From: Novakomyces olei
Taxonomy: Eukaryota
Length of the DNA stretch: 64,000 nt
Assembly: GCA_016906335.1 (NCBI GenBank)
Contig: JADEYG010000003.1
Location: 62,001 to 126,000 of the forward strand
Direction of reading: 5' to 3'
Below are positions 48,093 through 61,500 of the stretch, piece by piece (positions within the stretch are counted from its first letter, which is position 1; every line of letters begins with the position of its first letter). Under the pieces are notes generated by a model. The model worked only from the letters and a program-made list of their open reading frames with translations, searched no databases and was not told the DNA's origin. The position numbers and the translations under genes are program-made.

Positions 48093-49058
48093 ATGTCGCC
48101 CTCACGCGAAGTCAATGTAGTAGCCAAAACTGCCTTTGATCAGAACGCTGAGCTTTATGACGCTATTCGTCCGTCTTATATCCCAGAGGCAGTTGAAAAA
48201 GTCATTGAGGTTGGCCGTTTGAAGCCCGGCAGCAAAGTCCTCGATCTTGCAGCGGGTAAGATTACGATTGTAAAATTGACAATTTAAAGGAGCAGCAACA
48301 GAACAGAGGAATTACATTAATTCATGATTAAACAGTTAAAGACAAAAAGACCACAAGGGCTAATAATGGTGAAGAATACTCCTTTTAATAGCCAAAAACG
48401 AGATGGTTAAAGATACTTACTCTGAAAAGGAACCGGGATATTTACACGCCTACTGACCAATCGGGGATTGGAGCTTGTGGCTGTAGAACCTGCCGAAGGA
48501 ATGAGACGCGAGTTTCAGTCACATTTGCCTGATATTAGAGTATACGAAGGCAGCGCGTACGAACTGCCTCTTGATACAGCGAGTGTGGACGCTGTTATCG
48601 TAGCTCAGGCGTTTCATTGGTTCGCAGACGCGGACGCGCTACGCGAAATTTCACGCGTTTTACGTCCAAATGGCGCCCTTGTTCTTATATGGAACAAGAA
48701 TATAGCAGACGCGAGCCTTCCATGGGCTCAGCGAATCCGGGAACGGGAATATCAGTATGATAAGCACGTGCCGCAGTACCACAAAGGCGACTGGAGCAAA
48801 GTCTTTACAGAAACCAGTATTTTTACTCCTATTCAAGAGTGGCTGCAAACGTGGGAAAGGTGCCTTACACCGACAGATTTCTGGCGCGGACTTCTCTCTG
48901 TGTCTTTTGTGTGGTCGCTGCCGGAAGACGAGCGCGAAAGGTTTCGCCAATTCGTTTTTGACGTGCTGAATAATGATCCCACAGTTAAGCACACGGATAA
49001 GGGCGAGGTGGTCATCCCGCACAACGTCCGTGTTGCGTGGGCGTATAAGAACGACTAA
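48093..49058 (+). CDS. Class I SAM-dependent methyltransferase (2 exons)
   Basis: YDAIRPSY...VLDLAAG|intron|TGIFTRLL...AVEPAEGMR...VDAVIVAQAFHWF. Confidence 0.9.
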
Positions 49059-49216
49059 TTTAGATTTGAAGTGATTCAGATTAGAGTTGATTTAACAACA
49101 GCTTAAAAAAGAAGATTGAGAGGAGAATTTAATGCTTTTAGTTCAAAGATGATAGCTCAAAACAGATTTGTCGTATTTCGAGCAAATTACTTTTACCTGT
49201 AAACGTAATTATTTTC

Positions 49217-52200
49217 CTATGAAAACATCCTGTATAAAGATTTCGTCGCAGTATGATATTTTACTGCATTTTCGGAAATTTGTTCCAGTTCAGAAGATTC
49301 GAGGGAAGACTCGTCGGTAGATTGGGATTTTCCCTGGAATAAAAGACTAATATATTTCAAGTCAAAAGCCATCTGCAGTTCGTAATTAATTGCGCCCCAG
49401 TCTTGGACTATTTCTTGTGAAGACGCTTGGTGTTTTGCATCTATGGCCAGTTCATCAGCGTCCTGGGTCTGGTCTGGTCTGGGAGGCATATCACCTTGAG
49501 CCTCAGATTGCTCACGGTCCTCTTTAACTTCCATAGACGAATCTGCCGTTGAAGTCTCATTATCTGGGAGATCAATATTTTTAATGTGTTCAACATCAGG
49601 TTTGCCGACAGCGACTTCAGAAGGTAAAGGAGCTGCTGCAATTTTCTCATTGAGGGCAGAGTCCGATTCTATACCTTCTCTGCCTTGCTCTCCAACTTCA
49701 ACAATTTGACCATTTGCAACATTATTTTGAGTCTCATTAGCTCGTGGGTTTTCAGTTTGGTTTTCTTCATGAGTTTTTCCATCTTTTTCGGCACCTCCAT
49801 CCCTTTCTTGATTATCAGGTTTTACGCCATTTTCTGATGTAGACCCTTCCTCTTCCGTTTCAATATTTCTATTAGTCTCATTTCCTTCTTGATGTCCGTT
49901 TTCCGCAGTGTTTCCGTTTGAAGTTTCAGTCGATGTCAATTTCCTGTCCGCTGGACGACAACGCTCAATCCACTCTCTAGTTTCCTGATAAAGAGAATCA
50001 ACTAGAGCTGCTCGAGTGACGGGATCAAAATCCTGCGGGCCTGCCGTAGAAATGTCCTTGCCCGCACTATGTACAAGCTGCGCCAGCGATCTGCTCGGCT
50101 TTAAGGGTATCCATTTATCTAGAGAAGAGGTAAGTTTGAATTAAAGAAACACAAATTCAGTTTTATATGGAAAGCCTTACCTTCCAGTCCAGTTTCGCTC
50201 CGTTTTGTTTCACTGTACGGAACAGAGTAGAGAAAAAGTGCATTTTTAATTGCTTCACACAGTCGCGCTCTCAGTTGATCCAGTACACCAAAGCCGTCAA
50301 CTTGAACTTGCAGTCGTGGTGCAGCGTACATTATACTTTCCCACCCGACTTTAAGTGCGGAAAGGCGACCTACTTTGTTAGTAATCGTTTAAAATTTGTA
50401 TCAAGTCACTTCTCGTTTTACATAACAATATTGAGTTAACACTCTTACCTTTGACAGAACTCGCATCAAGAGCTTTCGAAATGGATTCTTTTATGGTCAG
50501 GATAGCATTTGATCGTGACTTTTCGATATAACTGGCCTGTTCTTTTATCATTGTATTCTGACTGCTCTCCAACGCCTGGGTAATATCGCCAGCGAAAGAA
50601 ATCTGATCAGTGTAAAAAGCATTAACAGTTGAGACCACCTCTTCTGCAATTTTCACGCACTCATCCAAGTAAGACTTAAAAGCATGAAGAGGCTCTCGTT
50701 CGCCTTTAGCCGCAGCCAGGATTCGATATGATATCTCTCGTTCAGAAGCCTGCTCCCGATCTGGTCCTTGCAAAGGCTGTAACATGGCCGCAAATGAATA
50801 TGAAATAGAAGCAGAAAATGCGTCTTCTAAAAGACGACTCAATGTGGCCGTATTTACAATTAAGTTGGTTTCGTACAGCTCCAAAATTCGGGACTCTAAA
50901 GCCGGCGCCAGAGCATCACTCCATAGAACAAGCGTTAGGTCAGGCATTGATTCTTCCGCCAGCTCATATTCCCGAGCTTGTTTTAAAATAAGACGACTCT
51001 CTTGCAAAACATTGTCCAAAGATTGACCGGCTAAACGCTTGTTGAACTCTCGAAGAGCCGAAGCTAAAAGAGCCTGTTTCGTTGCTTCTTGAAGTTTGGA
51101 TTGGTTCGTTACTGGCTCTTGGCGGATCCACGCCCGAGCATTCAGAACCTCTTTTGCACTTAACAGCCTTTCTATCTCGGGCCGACGAAGTTGCACCAGC
51201 CGCCGTAAAATAAGATCATTTTGAAGCATTGGTGATTTTGTCGCAGAATTAAGTAGACTGGGCAAAACCTTTACAAGATTCTGTACGAGACTAAAAGTGC
51301 CTCCAACCATAGTCGCCACGTTTTTGCCCGTTAAACTATTTGCCCGGACATTTACTGCATGATCAAGTAAAGAAGATTCTCCACTAGAAGTCAAGATTGC
51401 TCTGGCCAACAGCGCATCGGCAGCTGTTTCTGCTGACTCCACGAGTACATGATCAATTTCGGACTTTAGCCATTGATCCAATTGTGAATTTTTTGAGCGA
51501 GCATTTGATATAATGGCTACTTCTGCAAGTTCAGGTGAATGAAGCAGCTCAGTACTATGTAAACACAGCCGGGCTACTAGAACAACACGAGCTGCGTCGA
51601 CCAAATTTTGTTGAGACACTAGATGCTTAATTACGCTGGGTGCATTTATAGCCAGTCGAATAAGCAAAGCGATAGGCGTTGACTCTGAGAATTTAGCACG
51701 CTTATCCAGAACAACCAAGAAATAAACGTATTCATCATTTTGTTGCAAAATAAATCAGCCATAGCAAGGGTTCAATAAGGACCTAGCCGTAGAAAGCCAT
51801 ATACGCCAAAAGCATCATTTAAATGACAGACTCGTTCAAGAATAATAAAGTATCTTAAAAAAGACAGAACAGCTAAGTTAATTAAAAAACCATGACATCC
51901 GTACCTTCTGTCTGAAGCTGAAAGGATTGATGAAGCGATTTCCGATCGCACGCTTGTCCCAGTTGTGTAAGATCAGAGTCAAATTGCTGCATAATTGCAG
52001 TCAGATCAATCACAGTTTCCGTAGTACGAAGCAAATCTTTGTACGAAGACCTAGAATTGTTAAGACGATGTAATTGATGCAAAGCCTACGCTACTAATAC
52101 ACGCAATTCTTTCGCCTTAGCGTTGGCCAACCCACTGATATTAGCATACAATAAGCACACAAATTGAACTTACAAAAGCTGAGACTCCAAATCGCGCAAT

Positions 52201-52268
52201 TGCGCCATTGAAGAGGCTGCGACAATTTGCCGCCATTGCGACTCGTCGCTTTGCAGCAGCCGTTCCAT
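49217..52268 (-). CDS. COG1: Conserved oligomeric Golgi complex subunit 1-like protein (multi-exon)
   Basis: N-terminal Vps51-like motif across exons (KAKELRVLV / SSYKDLLRTTETVIDL), a helical body, and C-terminal QMAFDLKYI...KYHTATKSLY. Confidence 0.7.
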
Positions 52269-52388
52269 GCGCCAAACAGAGTTTAGTCTAAAGTCATGCG
52301 TACCGCGTTAGACTAAAAGTCAATGGGAATTGTGAAACTGTCGAAGTACATAATCTGGTAATGTAGTCTAAGATACAGTAAAATTGAC

Positions 52389-52407
52389 AAACCCTAACTA
52401 ACCCTAA
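52389..52407. promoter_or_regulatory. AAACCCTAACTAACCCTAA box in the divergent COG1/CAF16 promoter
   Basis: Reverse complement of the recurring motif. Confidence 0.65.
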
Positions 52408-52552
52408 TATAATATGAAATATAGCCCCCAGTCAATATTATGGTTGAGCGATATAAAACGATTCAAAGAGAATTAAGTTAACAATTGGATAATATAATTC
52501 GATGATGACATTTCGCGATTAAATTTGGAAGAGCCTGTGCTAATTGGACGGG

Positions 52553-53658
52553 ATGACAATTCAGGTCCGGGATCTTTCATTTGCCTTTTCCGAGAACTCG
52601 CTATTATCTCTAGATAATGTGTCAATCGACCTCCCGGGTGGGTCACGCACGGTTTTAGTAGGAGCCAATGGCGCAGGCAAGACCACATTGCTTCGCATAC
52701 TTGCTGGAAAGCGTTTGGCAAAAGCTGGAAGCGTTACAGTCGATGGAGTAGACCCCTTCCGTACTGGTGTCGAGGGGTTGACGTATCTCGGCACAGGTAT
52801 TTGCTACAAGTATACGGCTGACATTATCTAATTAGAAAAAAATAGAATGGGTGAACAACCCGGTTGTTCGCAATGATATTTCAGTTTCGCATTTGATTCG
52901 GTCTGTTGGAGGAGACGCTTTTTCCGAGCGGCGTGATGAGCTTATTGAAATGCTCGACATCGATATGCGTTGGCACATGCATGCTGTATCAGATGGTAAA
53001 TTTTTGATATTAAATTTTTTTTCTTCGACTTCTATTTGGCGTCGGTGACTGTGATTGCACATCTCCTGAGTATCTGTGAGTACGCGCTTTGTTCTTATTC
53101 TTATATTTTCGTCTCTTCATTTTATGTTTTCGATCTTGGCTGCAGGTTTTGTCTGAAACCGCCTTGCAGCACATATAATAGATAAAGTTATGATTATCGT
53201 TATTAATGATTATAGGTGAACGGCGGCGCGTGCAGTTATGTATGGGCTTGCTTAAACCTTGGCAATTTTTGTTCCTGGATGAGGTTACAGTAGATTTAGA
53301 TGTGCTGGCACGTAAGGATCTTTTAGACTATATTCGACACGAAACAGAAGAACGAAACGCGGTTGTCGTTTATGCTACCCACATATTTGACGGCTTGGCC
53401 CAGTGGCCTACGCATCTCGCTCACATGTCACTAGGTCGTGTCCTACAAGTCGGCAAAGTATCGGATTTCCCTCGCCTCAGCCAGCCTTCTGCTGGCGGGA
53501 ATAGCAGTTTGCTTGAATTAGCCCTTGAATGGCTCAAACGCGACAAAGAGGCCAGAGGTACTCGTGAGCAAGAACGGCGGCTTCAGTGGTCCGACGTTGG
53601 CGTAAAGGACGACGGTGGTGTGTTTACTGATTACTTCAAAAGAAGTCGAGGCCTGTAA
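52553..53658 (+). CDS. CAF16: Soluble ABC ATPase Caf16 (3 exons)
   Basis: [67 protein letters not shown]. Confidence 0.93.
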
Positions 53659-53737
53659 TTAGACTGTAAAACTGAAACTAGCTAGCTCCTAATACGTATG
53701 ACATAAATTGGCATGTTTCTAATGAAAATAGTATCAC

Positions 53738-53755
53738 AACCCTAAATAACCCTAA
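53738..53755. promoter_or_regulatory. AACCCTAAATAACCCTAA box upstream of TDA10
   Basis: One-mismatch variant about 130 bp before the ATG. Confidence 0.6.
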
Positions 53756-53883
53756 GATTGAATTTAGCGCTTTGATGCGGGGTCAATGTATTAATAATCC
53801 CACGTTGCATCATTCGCTGAAAGCTTAATTATATTAAGGAACTTCAAACATTATGTTGCCGTGTCCGATATCCACGAGCAACG

Positions 53884-54723
53884 ATGGACAAGACACGATT
53901 AATCAGCAATTTTATCAAGTCACAGCTTGAGACCACACAAATCCGGCCTCTTATAATTGGCCTTACCGGGCCTCAAGGAAGCGGTAAGTCAACTGTATGT
54001 GCTTCGGTAGTGCGTGACCTCTTGGAGCAAGGTTTGTCGGCGTTTGTCTTGTCATTGGACGACCTTTACCTGACCTATGACGAGCAATTGCGCCTTGCCA
54101 GGTCTTATCCTGATAATGCACTACTACAATACCGCGGTGAGCCAGGAACGCATGATCTAAATCTGGCTCATCGTGTTTTTGAGCAATTATCGACTGTCGA
54201 GCAATCCGGGGCTGATCTCCCAGTCTACGATAAATCTTGTCACAATGGTCGCGGTGATCGATTACCGCCATCTGAATGGATCCATATAACCCCTCAGCAT
54301 GTTGACGTGGTGCTTTTTGAGGGCTGGATGGTAGGCTTCCGTCCAGTGACGGAAGAACAGGTGGAAAAGACTTGGAAAATCCCATCGTTTCCTCCAGGCC
54401 ATAAAATATCACATTTGCTTACAATAAATCAAAAACTGGGAAATTACACAAGTCTTTTCGCCCGACTACAGGCAATTGTTCACCTTGACACAAAGGATTT
54501 AAACAACGTTTATCGCTGGCGACTGGAACAGGAGCACTGTCTTATTCGTGCGCGAGGTTCGGGTATGAGCGATGAACAGGTAAAGGTTTTCATTGACGCT
54601 TATATGCCTGCATATTATCTCTATCTGGACACTCTACGCAAAGGGTTTTTCTCCACTCCCGGTAGACAGCTTTCACTAGTGCTTGATAGTGATCGACGCG
54701 TTGAAAAGGAAAAGGTGATCTAA
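53884..54723 (+). CDS. TDA10: P-loop kinase, Tda10/D-glycerate 3-kinase-like
   Basis: GPQGSGKST, SLDDLYL, RGEPGTHD, PVYDKS, FEGWMVGF, VYRWRLEQEH. Confidence 0.9.
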   Translation: MDKTRLISNFIKSQLETTQIRPLIIGLTGPQGSGKSTVCASVVRDLLEQGLSAFVLSLDDLYLTYDEQLRLARSYPDNALLQYRGEPGTHDLNLAHRVFEQLSTVEQSGADLPVYDKSCHNGRGDRLPPSEWIHITPQHVDVVLFEGWMVGFRPVTEEQVEKTWKIPSFPPGHKISHLLTINQKLGNYTSLFARLQAIVHLDTKDLNNVYRWRLEQEHCLIRARGSGMSDEQVKVFIDAYMPAYYLYLDTLRKGFFSTPGRQLSLVLDSDRRVEKEKVI

Positions 54724-55061
54724 TTCAATGGTCTTCTGAAGTGGTGGTGATATATTTATATATACATATTTCATTTTTCTGGCTTTTTTGATATACCGGC
54801 ATCTTGGTATGATATGAATCAATATATCTTGACTAATGATTGGTTTTGAGTTTGCATTTATTTTATTTTACGCCTGTTTGCAGACGGCTATTTCTCTACA
54901 GTATTCTCAAATTCCAATACATGTAGCTTCAAAAAAGAGGCTGAGGTTGCAATCGTCAAGCTTTACTCACCTCATTACGTGGAGGTATTGTTTTATGTTT
55001 TGGTGGTAGATTGATCTATGAACAAGCTGCTGGTAGTCACTAGTCCAACAAAATCTACAAC

Positions 55062-55080
55062 TAGGGTTAGTTAGGGTTAG
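55062..55080. promoter_or_regulatory. TAGGGTTAGTTAGGGTTAG box upstream of ELP2
   Basis: About 170 bp before the ATG at 55246. Confidence 0.65.
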
Positions 55081-55245
55081 ATACTGGCAGAACAATAATA
55101 TCATGAGCATATTCAAATTTTAGGCAACTTTGAGTGTTAAATGTATGGCTGTACCCAAAATTTGTATAATAAATTTCTCCATGGTCGATATCGAATAATT
55201 AATTTATTGACTCGAGTGACATTTCGTTCTTTATCTATTATTGAA

Positions 55246-58005
55246 ATGGAAAAAGATGCGATAGGAACCGAGTTTTTTGCAGGCGGCTGCAATCGCAGCA
55301 ACCAGACGTCAAGCGCACTTGTATTCGATGATTATACCTTATTTGCTTTTGCATCGTGCAACCAAGTTTGCTTATATAAAGTGGTAAGGCTTTTTCTGTC
55401 ACGTATTTTTATTCCAGCATTAACAGACCAAAGGACACAGTACGACTATCGCTTTTACGAATTATCAATGCGCGAGATGGTCTGATCGATTCATCTGACA
55501 TTACTGCACTGAAATTGGTAGTTTCCCCTTCAAATCGTATCTCTGTCGTTGTGGGCCATAGCAATAAAGCATGTGCTCTGGTTCATTTATTTACGGGAGC
55601 TGGAAATACCCTTGTTGCTTTATCCGGGCCGGCGATAAGCTTATTGCCGCCAAAACAGGGTTCTAGCGTTACTTGCGTAGACGCCTTGTCTCGTTCAGAT
55701 GATAAAGTGTTTTGCCTAGTAGGCAGTTTGTCGGGCAGCATTCACAATTTCGTTGTTTCCGATGACTCTATAACCGCTCAGCGATCATTTGATATACCAA
55801 GATACATTACAACTTGTGCAAAACTATATTCATTTGATGGCCTCAATAATACAATTAGCCTTGTTGGTGGCACAAGGGGTGATTTTCACGTTCTTGGGGC
55901 TTCGGCGACTGACGATGTTGCATTACAAATTCTGACTAGTGTAAAAGGCCATACGGACTGGCTTCGAACTATTGATACGTGCTTACAGCCCGACGGAACC
56001 TGCTTGATTGCAACTGGCAGTCAAGATCGTACGGTACGATTGTGGCTGCTGCGATCCGCAGAAGAGAAAAAAGGACTCGCTCAGTACTTGGACGGAGACA
56101 TCGTTGCCCCTATAAGTACTAATAATAAAGTAACCAGCAAATCTTATGATTTCAGACTGGCAGCCAACCAAAATGTGTATTCGATATGCACTGAAGCACT
56201 CTTACTTGGACACGATGACTGGGTACATACTGTTGCATTTGGTAGTGGCCAAAGTGCGACTGAGCTTCTCAGCATTTCTAGCGATACGTCCATGCTTATT
56301 TGGGCCGCTGATACGCATTCAGGAATATGGACCGTAACGTCGCGGTTGGGTGAACTGTCCGCTCAAAAGGGAGCAACTAGTGCGACCGGCAGTGCAGGCT
56401 GCTTCTATGGAGGCCTTTGGCTCAATCGGGATACTGTAGCGTGTAACACAAAAACCGGTAGCTGGAGGATATGGAAGAGAAGGCGCCAAGCTGAAGAAGA
56501 AATAAAAGAAGAAGGGGAAGAAAAGATAAGCGAAACCGAGCAAGATGACGGCGAGTACATTTTACAAAAATCTTCTCATGAAATAGAGACTTGGGAACAG
56601 TTACCGGGTCCTACTGGGCATATTGGAGCAGTTAAAGATTTGAGCTGGGAGAGAAGCTGTACTTCTTCTGGACTCTACCTGCTTACGTGCGGAGATGATC
56701 AGACTACCAGACTATGGGGCGGAAAAGGCTGCGAGTACCATGAGTTGGCTCGGCCCCAGATACATGGGTATGAAATGAATGCAATTGCCCTGGTGGATCC
56801 ATGGACGCTGGCCAGTGCAGCAGATGAGAAGGTGCTAAGAATTCTCCAATGCTCTAGTTTTATTCAAGGGAGACTGCAAAAATTGCACTGTGCTAGCCTC
56901 CTCAAGTGCCCTTATAATCTGCCACAGGCTTCGAGCATGCCATTGTTAGGTCTTTCCAACAAAACTATTGACAATGATCGAGGCGACGTTCAAGAAAAAG
57001 GCAAACAGGAGGAAAATGATGGTGGAGGTGGTGAAGAAACAGAGTCCTCTTTTCAATCTGGGGCTATTCCTACTGAAGAAGAACTACAAAGGTACACGCT
57101 TTGGCCAGAGAAAGAAAAATTATATGGGCACGGGTATGAACTGAGCGCAGTTTCTGCTTCGCCGGACGGTAATTTGGTAGTAACAGCGTGCAAATCAACT
57201 TCACCAGCGCACTCTGTTATTCGTGTTTACGATGCTAAAACGTGGCAGGAGGCCCAGGAACCGCTGGCAGCTCATTCGCTTACTGTAACACGAATGCAGT
57301 TCTCTCACGATGGGGTATATCTTGTCAGCGTTAGTCGAGACCGACAGTTGTCACTATACAGACGAGATAATGACAACAGACTCGATATTGTGTGTACTCT
57401 AGTTGCACATAAACGAATGGTCCTTGATGTAGCCTGGCTAAGAGGAGAGTACTGCTTTGCTACTGTTGGAAGGGATAAAATGCTACGTGTTTGGAAACTA
57501 AATGATGATAAAGATAATGCTATTACGGCGGCGGGTCAAATACAGGTTGATTCTACTTCATTTCCTACTGCTGTGGACTGCGTGGTTCGGGAGGAAAATG
57601 CTTATATTGCAGTCGGTACGAGCACGGGACAGATTAAATTGTACTCGACGGATAGTAATCTCGAAATTAAAGATCTAGGACCATTGCAGGGGTAAAGAGC
57701 TAATTAATAATATTTGTTTTATTTTATTAATTTATTTAAACTTCAGTTGTTTCAATTTTTTTTAATATTTTCAATATTTCTAATTTGATTAATCAATTAT
57801 TAATATTTTTTCTTTTTTAAATTTTTTTATTTTATCCTACTATTAATGCTGTTAACTTCTCATTTGCTAAATTGCTTCTAGTGTACCTCTTCCCATGAAA
57901 CCTATTACGCGTTTGCAGTGGAGTCCTTCTTTACCGGCGTCCCCAAATTTATTGGCCTGCGCTAGCGAGGACTGGTCGCTACGTGTAATCAGCGTACGCA
58001 ACTGA
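55246..58005 (+). CDS. ELP2: Elongator subunit 2 (WD40; 3 exons)
   Basis: AGGCNR, GHTDWLR, ALLLGHDDWV, HELARPQIHGY, TLWPEKEKLYGHGYE; last exon ends LACASEDWSLRVISVRN*. Confidence 0.93.
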
Positions 58006-58582
58006 ACGTAGTTAATAAGATGATTGTATAAAGTGGAAGGAATTTTGTATGGCAGACACCAACGGGCACAATGCAAAAAAAATTCGAAATAGAAATAAAA
58101 TGCAAAATTAATGTCATATAACTAAAGATCTGGCTAAAATTCTTGTGACTGAGTAAGCATAAAAGCAAAAAGAGTAGATACGCAAATCCCAGAGAAACAG
58201 CCTGGAATCATGTGACATACGACGGTCTTTGCTAAATTTATTATTCTCCGCTATTGACCATACACCAAACGATGGATCATATTATTCACAATTTAACCAT
58301 AATATTACTCCTCTATGGTTTTCGTGTGCAATTATAAGCCTGTCTCGTATTTAATAAAAGTATCCCCAATGAGCAAGCCAACGTCCAATGTCTTGGGAGA
58401 ATATATGAATTTTCAGGAGAAAAACACAAGGGAGTTTTACAGTGTATTATATATTCGCGCAAAGATCTATATATACATAAACAAATACATTGTCATACAT
58501 TAAGGCATTTAAGGCGATGAGCACCGAGTGCACTCGGGTCGCGTACAGCAGCTTAAAGTAAAGGCCTCATGATCCGTGCACT

Positions 58583-61500
58583 ATGAGCTCCCGTCAGTCG
58601 GACGGTGGCAATTCCACACACAGCCGGCAGAGCGTTTTTGCCGGAATTCCAGGAGCAATTATGCGTCTCGGGGGCAAGAAGAGCACCAGCTCGAGTCATC
58701 ATGATCCATCAGCACAGCTCGGAGGCACTATTGCCTATTCCTCATTAAGTGCAGACCGTTCGCCAATAGCAGTGAATCAGTTGCCGCCACCTGATCAGCC
58801 TGCGACAAATATGCATGTTAGGGCGCGAAGGCACGATTCTATGGTGGAACGAACTTTTTCCGTTGCTTCGTCGACAATTAGCAATAGCCGACTACAGCGG
58901 GACGATAGTATTTCTTCTCGACACAGTGTTTTTGCTCGGCCTTCTATGAGGTCAGCTAGTCGGCTACAAGACGATAACCGGAGCATTGCTTCGTCACGGA
59001 TATCTACAAGGAGCAGTGAGTCTACACGACAGTCAGCAATTACGTATGATTTCGTGGGACCGCATGGCGAGTTCAGTTTCGAGCAGCCTCGTGATGAGAG
59101 AGTGATTCAGCAGATGTTTGAAGCTTTGATGGTATGATTTACGTAGACACACCTATTTGTGACTTTTTCTACATTCAAATTTGAACTTGATTTACAACTA
59201 AAATGCCAATACAAATATTAGTCATTATTTTATTACATTATTTTGTTGCACTATTTTATTGTTTCTTTTTCTGTTTTAATGCTTATTCGACAATTGCTGA
59301 GTTTAGGCAAAACGCGACATGTCCTCCCTTCCGGAGCAGTCAAAGCGGCAAATGATGGCCTATCCAGTCTCCAAGAAATGGACTCTTATTCATCAAGATG
59401 CCCTTCAAGAATACGGTGAATGGGTATGTACAATTAATGCAAGCTGTAATCACCGCTTATACTTTTATAGAAACGAAAACGGCAAGGCCAGGCGGAACAT
59501 GATCGACGCAATAGCCCAGAATGGTTCATACGAGCAATTGTCAACAAGACGATAAAAGCCAAAGAGCTTCAGTCGCTCGAAGTATCCTTGCGCACCCAAA
59601 AGCTCGACTGGGTAGTAGCCTTTCTCGATAACCAGGGCCATATTGCACTCGGCAATTTACTTAACCAAACAAACAGGCAGAAAATGAATGATGGGGCACT
59701 GCAGATAGAGTATGAGATTGTCAAGTGCTTCCGTGCAATGTTCAATTTTGTCCCCGGTATTGAGGCAGTGATTGAGCGGCAGACAACAGTGAATGCATTA
59801 ATTGTGTCTCTGATTTCTCCCTCTGTTAATACACGCAAACTTGTGGCAGAATTATTAACCGTTGTATGCCATAATTTCGCAGCCGAAGGCCGCGACAAGG
59901 TTATGCTGGCCTTTGACTATCTCGCCCATGCTACTGGTGACCTTTCTCACTTTGATGCTTGGATGCGAGCCGTTGAGGCTACGCTGGACGGCCGAGGCCG
60001 ACTAGGCAGTTTAGTTGGTGCTTCGGAAGAGTACAGGCGCGGTGGACCTGGCGTAGAAGTGTTTTTGATTGATTATATGCTGGCTAATTTATATTTAATA
60101 TTTGAAGTAGCCAACGACGATGATGTTCGTGTCCGCATTCATATTCGGTACCAGCTAGAATCGTGTGGGATCGAACGGATCCTGGACAAAATGCAGGCCC
60201 TTCATCACGCAGTCATCGATGATTACGTCCGAGAATATTTTCAGCAAAAATCAGAGGACTTGGAAATTGTTAATAGTGGGGCTGAGGAGCTGCAGGTGGA
60301 TACAACAGACCCATTGGAAATTGTACAAACGATTTGGCATCGATTGGAAGGTTCAAGGAGTCAAGAACTATTTTTAAACGGGTTAAGGCACCTTTTATTA
60401 CTGCGTGAAAGTCCCGATGATACGGTTAAAATGTTTCAAATGATTGACACGCTCTTAATCCAGCTGGTTATGAACGGCAAAGGTACAATCTCAGAAAGCT
60501 CGGCGGCTCTAAATATGTCGATCCAGAAATTTATAGATCGAATGCATACAGAGGAAGAAGCTCAAAGGGCTCGGCACGATGCTAGAGAGGCTATTAAGCA
60601 TGCAAAACTGATGGAGTACGAAAGGGATCGTATGGCAGCTGAAGTCGCATTGGGTGCAGACGGAATGGTGGGCAAATTGAAAAAACGAGTTCATGAGCAA
60701 GCGGAATTAATACAAACGCTACAAAGAACGATTGATACCCTCAAGGAAGAATACGGTGAGCTGAAAAAGGTGCACATTGACCAGTTGCAGAAATCAGAGA
60801 TTGAAATACGCGAATTATTCTTGCAATTACAATCTGATGGAGACGCTGGGATCAGTTCTTCATCTGCCTTGAAATCGGCTCTTGATCCAGCGGAAAAGAG
60901 AGGTCTCCAGTTAACTTTAGCACAGCAACTTGAACGCAGAAAAACTGAATATAAATTGGAAGGGCTGTCTTGGACTGGCGCACCGGCGAATGAACGGTTG
61001 CGGATGCTACGTTTACGCATGGATCAGGCTGAAAAAGACGCAAAAGCTCTTGTTGATGAAAATGCACCATTTGCTTCGGACAGCGGTGCAAATAATATAC
61101 AGTTTGGGTCTTCCCGGGCACGAATGTCTTTACTTTTACGCAATTCTGCAATTGTTCAAGGCAGGCCAGAGGGAACTTTGGAACTAGACAATAAACAGTC
61201 GGAAACTGAAGTTTCAGGGACAAATTCAGCTCAAGAAAAAGGTCCTGGCTCAGCTGGTCTACGAAGGTCTCGAATCGAAAAGAACTTGCCTCGTTTAACA
61301 GCCGCCTCTGCTATATCTGAAGCTCCCGAAGACGAAAGTTCAAATGCTGAGGAAGATGAGAGTGTCTCTTCTTCAAGGCCAATTTCGATTTCTGTGGAAG
61401 ACCGAGCTCAAGTCGTGCATTTCCGGCGGCCAGGTCCTCCTTCTCATCCGCTTGTAAAGACGTTTGAGCTTTCGTCAAGACGCGGTGAAGCGGAAAATGA

